64,000 bases of DNA from a bacterium (GTDB lineage Bacteria; Krumholzibacteriota; Krumholzibacteriia; LZORAL124-64-63), in assembly GCA_024231905.1 (NCBI GenBank), contig JAAEQC010000140.1, positions 56,566 through 120,565 on the forward strand, read 5' to 3'. This document shows positions 1 through 8,826 of the stretch, piece after piece. A model generated the notes under the pieces. That model saw only the letters and a list, made by a program, of their open reading frames with translations. It did not search any database and was not told the origin of the DNA. The position numbers and the translations under genes are program-made. Each line of letters begins with the position of its first letter. The first letter of the stretch is position 1.

Positions 1-1
1 A

Positions 2-1126
2 GTCCTTGAGGATCCCGTCCTCGAGCAGTTCGATGGCGAAGGCCATGGTCTGGGGGGCCGAGAAGGCGTCGACTCCGTGTTCGGTGGCCTTCTGGGCGAT
101 CCGCAGGCCGAATTCAAGGTCCGAGAAGGCACCCATGGTGTAGGTGAGCTTCGAGAAGCATTTCATCATGTAGGAGCACATGCGCGTGTCGACGCTGATG
201 GCCGCGCCGCACTTCATGGGGCAGTTGAAGCAGCTGAGCAGCCGGGTCCGCATGGAATCCATGGTCTTGGTCCACTCGTCCGCGACCTCCTCGGTCCAGA
301 AGCCCTTGCGGCGGACGCGGGCGTTACCCCAGACGAAGTTCTCGGTGTGCCATTTCTCGTCGTCGATGGCCATTTCCTGTGGGGAGCCGAGTCCCGCCAG
401 GATGGGCATCACGCCCTTGAGCGGGTTCTTGTCACGATGCTTGATGAACGCCAGCGATTCGTTGCAGAGTCCGATGAACCGGGCCGGGTCGGCGATGTGG
501 ATGTCCCCCGACCCGCGCACGGCGATCGCCTTGAGGTTCTTGTCGCCCATCACAGCGCCCAGGCCGAGGCGGCTGGCGCTGGATCTGCCCTGCTCGATGG
601 AGGCGTAGAAGACCCGGTTCTCGCCGGCCAGTCCGATGGAGGAGACCGCGGCGTCCGGCTGCTCGAGCTCCTGGCGGATGACCTCGGCGCTCTCGAGAGT
701 GCCCAGGCCCATGAGGTGCGACGCGTCCCGCAGTTCCACCTTGTCGTCGTGGATCCACAGGAAGACCGGCGCGGGGGACTTGCCGGAGAAGATCAACTTG
801 TCGTACCCGGCGCGCTTCAGCTCGGGGCCGAAGAACCCGCCCATGATGGAGAATCCGAACAGCCGGGTCTGCGGGGAGATGGCGGAGACGACCGTGCGGT
901 TGCAGCTGGGAGCAGGCGTCCCGGTCAGCAGACCGGTGCCGAAGATGAGCAGGTTCTCCGGGTCGAAGTGCCCGACCTCAGGCGGCACCCGATCCCAGAA
1001 CAGCTTGGCGTTGGTGCCCAGTCCCCCGAGATGGAGCTCGGTGAGCTGTGGATCCGTGGCTACTCGCTCGATATTCCCCCGGGCCAGATCGACTTCCAGG
1101 TTGAATCCCGTCTCGGCATATCTCAT
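2..1126 (-). CDS. bamB: Tungsten AOR-family protein, BamB type (class II benzoyl-CoA reductase catalytic subunit); 3' end runs off the window
   Basis: Manual minus-strand translation: MRYAETGFNLEVDLARGNIERVATDP...YASIEQGRSSASRLGLGAVMGDKNLKAI...LAGLGSPQEMAIDDEKWHTENFVWGNAR...SCFNCPMKC...YMMKCFSKLTYTM. It closely follows my recollection of Geobacter BamB. GGGGG RBS upstream. Absent from the ORF track because no stop lies in the window. Confidence 0.88.
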   Translation of the reverse strand, partial: MRYAETGFNLEVDLARGNIERVATDPQLTELHLGGLGTNAKLFWDRVPPEVGHFDPENLLIFGTGLLTGTPAPSCNRTVVSAISPQTRLFGFSIMGGFFGPELKRAGYDKLIFSGKSPAPVFLWIHDDKVELRDASHLMGLGTLESAEVIRQELEQPDAAVSSIGLAGENRVFYASIEQGRSSASRLGLGAVMGDKNLKAIAVRGSGDIHIADPARFIGLCNESLAFIKHRDKNPLKGVMPILAGLGSPQEMAIDDEKWHTENFVWGNARVRRKGFWTEEVADEWTKTMDSMRTRLLSCFNCPMKCGAAISVDTRMCSYMMKCFSKLTYTMGAFSDLEFGLRIAQKATEHGVDAFSAPQTMAFAIELLEDGILKD

Positions 1127-1229
1127 GCGTTTCCCCCACGGTCGTTGGACCGGCTCTCGAGCTCGTGGGCGCGGATCATGTAGGCGGCTGGTCGTTGACG
1201 CGCGTCTCGAGGGGTGTCGCCGATTCCAA

Positions 1230-1287
1230 TCGAACGTTCGTTCGAAACCTACCGCTGGAACCTATTCGATCCGCGAGAGGCTGTCAA
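1230..1287 (-). promoter_or_regulatory. sigma70 promoter of bamB with downstream palindromic operator
   Basis: Minus strand TTGACA (1287-1282), 17 nt, TAGGTT (1264-1259); perfect palindrome TCGAACG-TT-CGTTCGA at 1230-1245. Confidence 0.6.
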
Positions 1288-1351
1288 GCGTGAACAGTCC
1301 CAGAAGTGCGGGAAACCGGAATTCGGAGACGAAAGCGGGTCTTCGGTGCGA

Positions 1352-2014
1352 TCAACCGGCCCAGGGTCCGAGCAGCCAGACTGCCAGGCAGGCCATGACC
1401 GCCGTGCGTAGAGCCCCGCGCGGATGAAACGCCGCCCGTCGGGACAGCCGGCGGCCGAGCCAGAGGCCGATCGGAACGACGACCACGGCGGCCAGGGCGC
1501 CGCGACCTCCCGAATACAGTGTGTGCTCACCGACGCGCGCGAGCCCGCCGTCGGCCCAGTATCCGTACTCGAAGATCCAAACCATGGCGGCGGCGAAGAA
1601 CAGGCAGCTCAGGAAAGCGCCGACCACTCCGGTCGAGGCGGCCCGGACGTAGGGCCCACGATCGTCCCGCCACAGGAGGCTGGCCGCCAGATCGAACGCG
1701 AAGCCCAGCAGGGCGATACCCGCCAGGTGACAGATGAAAGGAGCGGTGTTGACGGACTTGAAGAGCACGGCGATCGCGGCGACTGCCGTCGAGGAGCCCG
1801 GCCGGTTCACAAGGGTCCGCGCGACGGCCAATCCGCACAGGGCCGCGGCCGTGAGCCAGACCGTTTCGCCACCGACAAGTTCAGTCAATCCCCAGGCGGA
1901 ACCCAGCAGGAGCAGGCAGGCCAGGCGCCAACCGGTCAGCCGCGCCGGTTGTTGGGAGTCCTGGTTTTCGGGCTGGATATCATATTGGTACAAGATCCCC
2001 TCCTCGGCATCCAC
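1352..2014 (-). CDS. Hypothetical integral membrane protein
   Basis: About 6 hydrophobic segments; the true start may be the TTG just after GAGGAG. Confidence 0.7.
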   Translation of the reverse strand: MDAEEGILYQYDIQPENQDSQQPARLTGWRLACLLLLGSAWGLTELVGGETVWLTAAALCGLAVARTLVNRPGSSTAVAAIAVLFKSVNTAPFICHLAGIALLGFAFDLAASLLWRDDRGPYVRAASTGVVGAFLSCLFFAAAMVWIFEYGYWADGGLARVGEHTLYSGGRGALAAVVVVPIGLWLGRRLSRRAAFHPRGALRTAVMACLAVWLLGPWAG

Positions 2015-2097
2015 GTCCCCCGATCAACGCCCGGATCCTAGCACGAATTCCGGTGTGGATCGAGCGGCCGGCAGGGCGCAGGGATCTCTACCGCCGG

Positions 2098-2544
2098 TCA
2101 GCCCCGGGTCTCTGCCGCCTTGATCCTTCCCCGTCCCCAGACCAGGAAGTAGCGGAAGTTCGCCGTGGCGTGGCTGGAGATCACTGAGCAGAACGCGATG
2201 GCGGCGAGCACCCACACCGCCGCCGCCCCGAACGTGGGGAGAAAGGCCAGCAGGAGCAGCTTGACGGACGTCACCAGGCCACGCAGTTGCAGCAGGAAGG
2301 CGCCGCTCTCGTACAGGTCCAGACCGACCATCAGGAATCCGGAGAGCAACGCGGCCAGGAACCAGGGCCCGCGGGTCGCGGGCTCCACCTGGAAGACGAG
2401 GGCGCCGAGATAGACCCCAGCGAGGACCACGTGCGCCGCACGGGCGATCATCTTGACCCAGCGTTGACCGGCGTAACGTCGCGGCTCGGTAGGGATCAGG
2501 ATCCGAAACAACGGTCCGTGGGGAACATATTCCGGCTGTCTCAT
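2098..2544 (-). CDS. Hypothetical 4-TM membrane protein
   Basis: Hydrophobic helices, GGAGG RBS, co-oriented downstream of pit. Confidence 0.7.
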   Translation of the reverse strand: MRQPEYVPHGPLFRILIPTEPRRYAGQRWVKMIARAAHVVLAGVYLGALVFQVEPATRGPWFLAALLSGFLMVGLDLYESGAFLLQLRGLVTSVKLLLLAFLPTFGAAAVWVLAAIAFCSVISSHATANFRYFLVWGRGRIKAAETRG

Positions 2545-2568
2545 CCCGATGAACCTCCGAGGAGGGCG

Positions 2569-4059
2569 CTATGGCTCGTCACGGCGTTCCAGCCGGAAGA
2601 CCCGGTCGAGGAAGACGAGCTTCGCGGCCAGTTCCTTGTTCCAGGAGCGGTGGATCGCGGCCGGTGGCCGTTCCGACCAGTCCGGCGATGTCGCTGCCAG
2701 TTCGCGGTGCATGAGCCAGGAACGCTCGTAGCGCCGGTCCGCGAGAGTCCGCAGGGCGTCCAGTTGCGCGGCGGTGAGCCAGCGGGTATCGATCTTTTCG
2801 GCCAGGATCCCCGGATCGATCATCCAGTGGCCGAGGCGAGACAGCTCGATGACCCGGTGGATGTCGTCCTCCGCCAGGGTCGTGGCCGTCTCAAGGTCCC
2901 GTTTGAATTTCACGCCGTTGGCGAAGGTGGTGCCGGCGATCTCATCGAGCCCGGCGTCGGCGACGCCTTGCCGCGCCAATTCCTCCACGACGATTCGATC
3001 GATGCGGTAGCGCATGTCCTGGTGGACCCGCTGGTCGAAGACGTTATCCACGAAGAAGAGCATGAGGAACGCCACCACGCCGGCGATGATGGGCGTGGTG
3101 ATCCAGCCCACGGAGATCTCGCCCAGCACCCGGTAGCGGATGGGCGCGCCCTTGAAGAGGCTGATGCCCACGATGGCGCCCACGACGGCCTGGCTGCTGC
3201 TCACGGGCACCAGGGGGAAGGTGGGTAGGTGGTGGCTGGCCAGGAAGTGCTCCAGGCCCTCGGACGCGAACAGGAACAGGGTGATGGAGTGGGCGAGGAC
3301 CACCACCAGGGCCGGCACGGGGGACAGGCGTACGAGTCCGCCGCCCACGGTGCGCATGACTCGCTCCGAATAGGTGAAGACGCCCACGCCGATGGCCACC
3401 GAGCCCAGGAGGAAGAGCTGCTGGGTCCCGGACAGGACGAAGAGCCCGAAGACGGACAGGTCGCCGAATGGGTTCTCCGGCACGAAGACGCCCATGACGT
3501 TGGCGATGTTGTTGGCCCCGAGGCTGTAGGAGCCGAAGGCGCCGGCCAGGATGAGCCCCGCGCGGGTCATGGCGTCCAGGCGCAGCAGGTGGGGGTTGGT
3601 GGTGTTGATGAGCCACCGGATGAGCATGAACAGGACCACGGCGAGAGTGCCGGAGATGAGGGGGCAGGCCACCCAGGTCAGGACGATGCGCGTGAGGGAG
3701 TCCGTGTCGGTCACCGAGGCGGCGTAGATGTTCCAGCCGATGATGGCGCCCACGATGGCCTGGGAAGTGGAGACCGGCATCTTCAGCCGGGTCATCCAGA
3801 AGGTGGTCAGGGCGGCGGCCAGGGCCACGGTGAAGGCGCCGGCCAGGGTGTTCACGGCGCCTAGGCGGCCCAGGGTGTGGGCGGCGCCGGCGCCGCTCAG
3901 GGTGGCGCCCAGGACGATGAACACGGCGCAGATGACGGCCGCCGTGCGGAAGCGCACCATGCGCGTGCCCACGGCCGTGCCGAAGACGTTGGCCGCGTCG
4001 TTGGCGCCCAGGGACCAGCCCAGGAAGAGTCCGCTCGAAAGGAAGAGAAGGAGTCCCAT
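2569..4059 (-). CDS. pit: PiT-family inorganic phosphate transporter with C-terminal soluble extension
   Basis: GANDAAN and GANNIAN signatures; PVSTSQ and PVSSSQ repeats. Confidence 0.9.
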   Translation of the reverse strand: MGLLLFLSSGLFLGWSLGANDAANVFGTAVGTRMVRFRTAAVICAVFIVLGATLSGAGAAHTLGRLGAVNTLAGAFTVALAAALTTFWMTRLKMPVSTSQAIVGAIIGWNIYAASVTDTDSLTRIVLTWVACPLISGTLAVVLFMLIRWLINTTNPHLLRLDAMTRAGLILAGAFGSYSLGANNIANVMGVFVPENPFGDLSVFGLFVLSGTQQLFLLGSVAIGVGVFTYSERVMRTVGGGLVRLSPVPALVVVLAHSITLFLFASEGLEHFLASHHLPTFPLVPVSSSQAVVGAIVGISLFKGAPIRYRVLGEISVGWITTPIIAGVVAFLMLFFVDNVFDQRVHQDMRYRIDRIVVEELARQGVADAGLDEIAGTTFANGVKFKRDLETATTLAEDDIHRVIELSRLGHWMIDPGILAEKIDTRWLTAAQLDALRTLADRRYERSWLMHRELAATSPDWSERPPAAIHRSWNKELAAKLVFLDRVFRLERRDEP

Positions 4060-4069
4060 GGACCGTGCC

Positions 4070-4711
4070 TCAGGTGTTGCGCTTGATGGCGTAGATGGCC
4101 AGGCGGTCGGCGACCTCTTCGGCCCGGTCGGAGATCCGCTCCACGTTCAGGGCGAAATAGCGCAGCTGGGTCTTGTGGGCCAGCTCCAGGTCCGAGGCGA
4201 AGATGGCGCGTTTGAGGGTGTCGCTGATGCCGTCCGCCTCCTTCTCGTAGTGATGGACCTTGAAGAGGGTGTCCTTCACGGCGGTGGCGTCGCGGAAGAA
4301 GGCCCGCGTGGAGACGACCACCGCGTCGGCCGCCTGGTAGGACGCCTCGCCGAGCTTGCGGTAGCCGGCGTCGAACTCGTCGGGGATCACCGGATGCTCC
4401 ACCGAGAACTGCATGAGGCTCATCTTGACGGTGTCGATGATGTTGTCCGTGTGCTCCAGCAGGCCCAGCACGTCGCCTCGGTGCTCGGGAATGAGCGAGT
4501 GGCTGTAGAGATGGGACTCCACCTCGCGGCTCAGGATGTCGGCCCGATTCTCCAGCTTGCCGATCTCGATGATGGACGCCTCGAACTCGGCTCTAGCGCT
4601 CTCCAGGTAGGCATTGATCCCCGAGCGGAAGACGAGGGCGCCCTCGGCGACCGTGTCGAGGAATTCGTCGATCTGTTTCTCGACGATGCGGCTGGATTTG
4701 AAGAGAGACAT
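4070..4711 (-). CDS. DUF47/PhoU-like phosphate transport regulator
   Basis: ENRAD, EKEAD and ISDRAE helical motifs; adjacent to pit; start taken at MSLFKSS. Confidence 0.88.
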   Translation of the reverse strand: MSLFKSSRIVEKQIDEFLDTVAEGALVFRSGINAYLESARAEFEASIIEIGKLENRADILSREVESHLYSHSLIPEHRGDVLGLLEHTDNIIDTVKMSLMQFSVEHPVIPDEFDAGYRKLGEASYQAADAVVVSTRAFFRDATAVKDTLFKVHHYEKEADGISDTLKRAIFASDLELAHKTQLRYFALNVERISDRAEEVADRLAIYAIKRNT

Positions 4712-4843
4712 GTAGGGCTCCGTTTCTCGCTGAGCTTCGGTGGAACCTATGAGGATGGGAGGATGGGGGGCGGGCGTCAATAAAAACCGGTTTGGTGGGG
4801 GGCAGAGGGTGAGGGCACAGGCGAGACGTCGCTAACCCCAACA

Positions 4844-5305
4844 CTACCAAGACCGAAACGAGCGCACCGCCAGCTGCGAGTTGGCATATCGATGGTCCCC
4901 CGTAACCTCCTCGCCCACCCATCCCGGCAATTCAACGGCTTCGTCCTCGGACACGAGTTCGCATTCGGCGATCACCAGCCCTGCGTTGTCCCCGCGGTAC
5001 TCATCCACCTCCCAAACATGCCCCTCGAATGGAACCTTCGTCCGCACCTTCTCCACCGCCGCATGCGGACACAACCCTAACATCTCCTGCGCATCCGCCA
5101 CCGGCACGGCGTACTCGAACTCCAGCCGCGTCAACCCCGTCGCCCGGCTTTTCACCGTCAGGAACGCGCGCTCCCCCTCGATCCGCACCCGCACGGTGCG
5201 CCCTGGTTCGGTGCACAGATACCCTTGCCGATACAACGTCCCGGGCCCGGCCTCCCGCCAGCCGTCCCCCGTGACCAGATACTTGCGTTCGATCTCCACG
5301 CCCAT
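4844..5305 (-). CDS. CYTH-domain (triphosphate tunnel) protein
   Basis: N-terminal EIERKY, RQGY, RVR and WEVDEY motifs; GAGGAGGAG RBS. Confidence 0.92.
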   Translation of the reverse strand: MGVEIERKYLVTGDGWREAGPGTLYRQGYLCTEPGRTVRVRIEGERAFLTVKSRATGLTRLEFEYAVPVADAQEMLGLCPHAAVEKVRTKVPFEGHVWEVDEYRGDNAGLVIAECELVSEDEAVELPGWVGEEVTGDHRYANSQLAVRSFRSW

Positions 5306-5325
5306 GTCATCTCCTCCTCGATCGT

Positions 5326-5353
5326 GGAACCTTAGCACGCCCGCTTCCGTCTG
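5326..5353 (+). promoter_or_regulatory. ECF-sigma-type promoter
   Basis: GGAACC-N16-CGTCTG upstream of the CDS at 5404. Confidence 0.5.
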
Positions 5354-5403
5354 TTGATGGACGACTTTCCCCGGCCCGATCCCCCGAAAGGAAGTGGACG
5401 ACC

Positions 5404-6615
5404 ATGATCCGCACCGCCCTCATCCTCGTCCTGCTGCTGATGCCCCTGGTCGCCGCCGCGGTCGAACACGTGGACAATCCGGCCGAACCCACCCAGGGAC
5501 GTTTCGACGTCACCCTGCGCGAGGTGTGGCGGGTGGGCGGCGAGGATGGCGACGTCTTCTTCGGCCTCGTACCCCGTGTGGAGACCGACCAGGAGGGCAA
5601 CGTCCACATCCTCGACTCGCAGTTGTGCCAGGTGAGCGTCTACGACCCCCGGGGGAATCTCCTGCGCACGCTCTTCCGCGAGGGCGACGGCCCCGGTGAG
5701 GTCCGGCGCCCGCGGGACATGGTCGTGCTGGACGACGGCCGCGTGGGCCTGGTTCAGGAGTTCCCGGGCCAGATCTCCTTCGTGGGTGCCCAGGGCGATC
5801 CGGCCGGACGGGCCGTACTCGGCGGAACCGACGGCGGCATCCACAGCCTCACCGCCTGCGCCGCCGCGGGCGACCGGGTCCTGGTCTCGGGTACCCACCA
5901 GGTGCCCAACGATCACCCGAGCATCAACCTCCGCGTGAACTTCCTCGAACTGTGCGACGACCAGGGTGTCGTGTCCGTCCAGTACGCGAGCAACGAGACC
6001 CAGTACGACTTTGCCGACTTCCACTTCATCGAGCGCGAACACCTGCCGCCCTTCTGGTGGGCCTTCGCAGCCTCGTCCACGGGTACGGTCTACACGGTCT
6101 CGGATCGCGACAATTACCGGGTCGAGGCCTTCGCCGCCGACGGCACCGCATTGCGCACCTTCGGCCGAGCCTACGAGGCCCTGGACCGCACGGCAGACGA
6201 GCACGCCAAGCTGAAGAGTATGGTGCTGTCGGCCTTCAACGGCGCGCCCTTCCAGCCCACCATCGTCATCGAGCAGAGCGAAGAGGTTGTTGCGTCCATG
6301 CACCGCGGGCTCCAGGTTCGTCCCGACGGCGAATTGTGGGTGCTCACGGGCCGCGGCGTGCGCCCGGGCCAACCCGGAGTGATGGCAGTGTTCGACGTTT
6401 TCGACGACGAGGGCGTCTTCGTACGGCAGATGGCCCTGCGGGCGCCTCACGACGGACGCGACGTGGGCATTTTCCTCAGCGGCGAGGACCGGATCATCGT
6501 GGTGAAGGGCTACTTCGAATCCCTGGCTGCCCAGTTCGGCAACGGCGCCACCTTTGCCGGCGAGGACGGCGAGGCGGAGACGCCGGAGATCATCTGCTAT
6601 GAAATGGTCCGGTAG
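5404..6615 (+). CDS. Secreted 6-bladed beta-propeller (NHL-like) protein
   Basis: Signal peptide; GEGPGE-type motif (REGDGPGEV); FDVFDDEG. Confidence 0.8.
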   Translation: MIRTALILVLLLMPLVAAAVEHVDNPAEPTQGRFDVTLREVWRVGGEDGDVFFGLVPRVETDQEGNVHILDSQLCQVSVYDPRGNLLRTLFREGDGPGEVRRPRDMVVLDDGRVGLVQEFPGQISFVGAQGDPAGRAVLGGTDGGIHSLTACAAAGDRVLVSGTHQVPNDHPSINLRVNFLELCDDQGVVSVQYASNETQYDFADFHFIEREHLPPFWWAFAASSTGTVYTVSDRDNYRVEAFAADGTALRTFGRAYEALDRTADEHAKLKSMVLSAFNGAPFQPTIVIEQSEEVVASMHRGLQVRPDGELWVLTGRGVRPGQPGVMAVFDVFDDEGVFVRQMALRAPHDGRDVGIFLSGEDRIIVVKGYFESLAAQFGNGATFAGEDGEAETPEIICYEMVR

Positions 6616-6756
6616 CGCGACCGGGTTGAAGGACTGATATCGAATAGGCTATACTTGTTGCCGAGTCGGGACTTCTGCGCCGTCGCTGCTGCCCGGGCGA
6701 CGGTCGTATCGCCACGTGGCGGTTGATACTCTTCAGATGACACGAAAGAAGCGGGT

Positions 6757-7464
6757 ATGAGTCTGAACTGCCTGGGTTGCCGCCGTCCGGAGCGGTGCCT
6801 CTTCAATGAGCTCGAGCCCGATCTCTGCCGGGAACTCACGGACGTCGCCACCACCCACAAGGTAGGACGCGGCGAGACCATCTCCACTCCGGGGGCGCCG
6901 GTCCTGGCCGTCTCCTGTGTCATCTCCGGGGCCGCCAAGCTGACCCGCATGGGCGAGCGCGGCGACATGCAGATCCTGCGCCTGCTGGGCCCATCCGACG
7001 TGCTCGGCCTGCGGCCCATCCTGGGCGACGAGAACTTCGCCGCCACCACCACGATCCTCGATGATTGTACCCTGTGCGTCCTGCCCCGCGAGGCGATCCT
7101 CCACGTGCTGGAACGTTCCACGCGCTTCGCCTTCCGCGTCATGAAATACCTGGCGCAGCAACTCGACATATCCGAGGAACTGCTCATCGCGCTCACCCAG
7201 CGCCCCGTCCGGCGGCGGGTGGCCGACGTCCTGCTGCTGCTGCACGGACACGATATCCGCGGCGACAAGTGGGAGCCCTTGCGCGTCAAGCGGTTGAAAC
7301 GCAAGGAAATGGCCCAGGCCATCGGCGCCACACCCGAAACCCTGTCACGGGTTTTGGCCGAGTTCGCCAAGCAGGGCCTGATCAGTGTCAACCGAAGAGA
7401 CATCGAGTTGCTGGATGTGGAAGGACTCCAGGTCGTCGCCACCGATAGAGAAAAACTTATCTAA
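6757..7464 (+). CDS. Crp/Fnr-family regulator with N-terminal Cys cluster
   Basis: CLGC-x5-C at the N-terminus, cNMP-like domain, HTH GATPETLSRVL. Confidence 0.92.
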   Translation: MSLNCLGCRRPERCLFNELEPDLCRELTDVATTHKVGRGETISTPGAPVLAVSCVISGAAKLTRMGERGDMQILRLLGPSDVLGLRPILGDENFAATTTILDDCTLCVLPREAILHVLERSTRFAFRVMKYLAQQLDISEELLIALTQRPVRRRVADVLLLLHGHDIRGDKWEPLRVKRLKRKEMAQAIGATPETLSRVLAEFAKQGLISVNRRDIELLDVEGLQVVATDREKLI

Positions 7465-7478
7465 AATCATGACGAGAC

Positions 7479-7534
7479 TTGACCAAGATCATTTTTAGTA
7501 TCACCTGCCTGGGATACCTTCTGACGACCATCAT
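7479..7534 (+). promoter_or_regulatory. Two FNR-like boxes and a -10 element
   Basis: TTGAC-CAAG-ATCAT (7479-7492), TACCTT (7515-7520), CTGAC-GACC-ATCAT (7521-7534). Confidence 0.45.
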
Positions 7535-7705
7535 GAGGGAATGACGACGCTGGCGGCCGGGATGCGCGGGGGATTGTGCGTGGACCGGTTCATCTCGGTT
7601 TCGCATCGGCTCGGTACCGCTAGAAATTTCGGTGGGGGTGTGGCCGCATCGTGTGGCCGCGGTCGACCGCCTCTCTTGGCAGCCATGCCGGGAGGGGCTG
7701 TCTTC

Positions 7706-8806
7706 TTATGGAACCCGGGCGGCGGCGACGATGGCCACCAGTTCCTCGGCCAGCACCTGTCCCCGCTCGGTGAAGTGGTCCAGCACCGCCCCCGACACGG
7801 TCAGGTCCTGCGCCGGCACGTGGAAGGCGAAGGTGTTCCAGAAGCCCGTGTGGCCCCAGGCCAGCCGGTCGTCGAACCGGGTACAGAAGATCCCGAGACG
7901 ATACTCGCGGGCGCCCTGGCCGGTCATGGCCGCCAGGGTGGCCTCGTGCTGGAAGACCTCGCCCCCCAGAAGCAACCGCAGGAAGCGACCCAGGTCGCGG
8001 GCGTCCGTCAGGAGGCCGCCGCCGCCGTAGAGATCCATGCTCGGGTGCCATCCCGTGGCGTCGTGCTCGCCGTAGTACTGGTGGGCGCGGGGGGCGGCCG
8101 TGGCGGGCTCGTCCTCGTAGATCTCCCACCAGGTGCTGTCCAGGCCCAGATCGTCGTAGTCCAGCAGGGAATGCACGGCCTGGCCCAGGTTGCGACCGGT
8201 CTTCCGTTCGACGATGCCGCCGAGGATGATGTAGCCCGTGTCCGAGTAGGAGAACTTCTCGCCCGGCGCGCCCACCGGATCGCCCCACTCCACGCACAGG
8301 CGGATCAGTTCGTCGGCGGTCCACTCCCGCTGGGGATTCGCCAGGATGGCCTCGGCGTAGCGCGGGTCGGCCGGGTGCTCGAAGAGGCCGCTGGTGTGGC
8401 TGAGGACCTGGCCTACGGTCATGGCCTGCAGATCGTAGCCGTCGCTGGACAGGAGAATGCGCTGTTCCTCGCTGAGATGCAGGGCCAGGGGGTCGTCGAT
8501 GTTCAACAGGCCCATCTCGCCGAGCCGGAGAATCGCCGCCGCCACGTAGGTCTTGGTGTTCGAAGCGATGCGGAAGGTGTGGTGCGCGGTCAACGCCTCG
8601 TCCACGCCGCGGTCGGTGACGCCTGCCACGAAGGTCCGGTCCAGGCCATGGGGCGGACATTCCACATGGACGACCACGCCCGGGGCCGAAGGATTCGCCG
8701 CGTGGAAGCGGTCGATGACGGACTGGAGGTCGGCGGCCAGATCCTGGGCCGCGGCGGAGGTCGTCGCCAGCAGGACGGCGGCCAGGATGATCAGGCGATG
8801 CAACAT
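7706..8806 (-). CDS. Secreted serine hydrolase (beta-lactamase/DD-peptidase family)
   Basis: SNTK (SxxK), YSD and GHTG motifs; signal peptide from MLHRLII. Confidence 0.9.
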   Translation of the reverse strand: MLHRLIILAAVLLATTSAAAQDLAADLQSVIDRFHAANPSAPGVVVHVECPPHGLDRTFVAGVTDRGVDEALTAHHTFRIASNTKTYVAAAILRLGEMGLLNIDDPLALHLSEEQRILLSSDGYDLQAMTVGQVLSHTSGLFEHPADPRYAEAILANPQREWTADELIRLCVEWGDPVGAPGEKFSYSDTGYIILGGIVERKTGRNLGQAVHSLLDYDDLGLDSTWWEIYEDEPATAAPRAHQYYGEHDATGWHPSMDLYGGGGLLTDARDLGRFLRLLLGGEVFQHEATLAAMTGQGAREYRLGIFCTRFDDRLAWGHTGFWNTFAFHVPAQDLTVSGAVLDHFTERGQVLAEELVAIVAAARVP

Positions 8807-8826
8807 GGCTGACTCCCGTTCGGGTT

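Noticed and set aside
77-1183. 368-aa + strand ORF and the many other long overlapping ORFs (for example 7541-8812, 8926-10929, 24547-26739, 28893-31253, 55544-57961)
   Set aside because: Antisense or off-frame shadows of real genes in high-GC DNA, with no motifs and biased composition.
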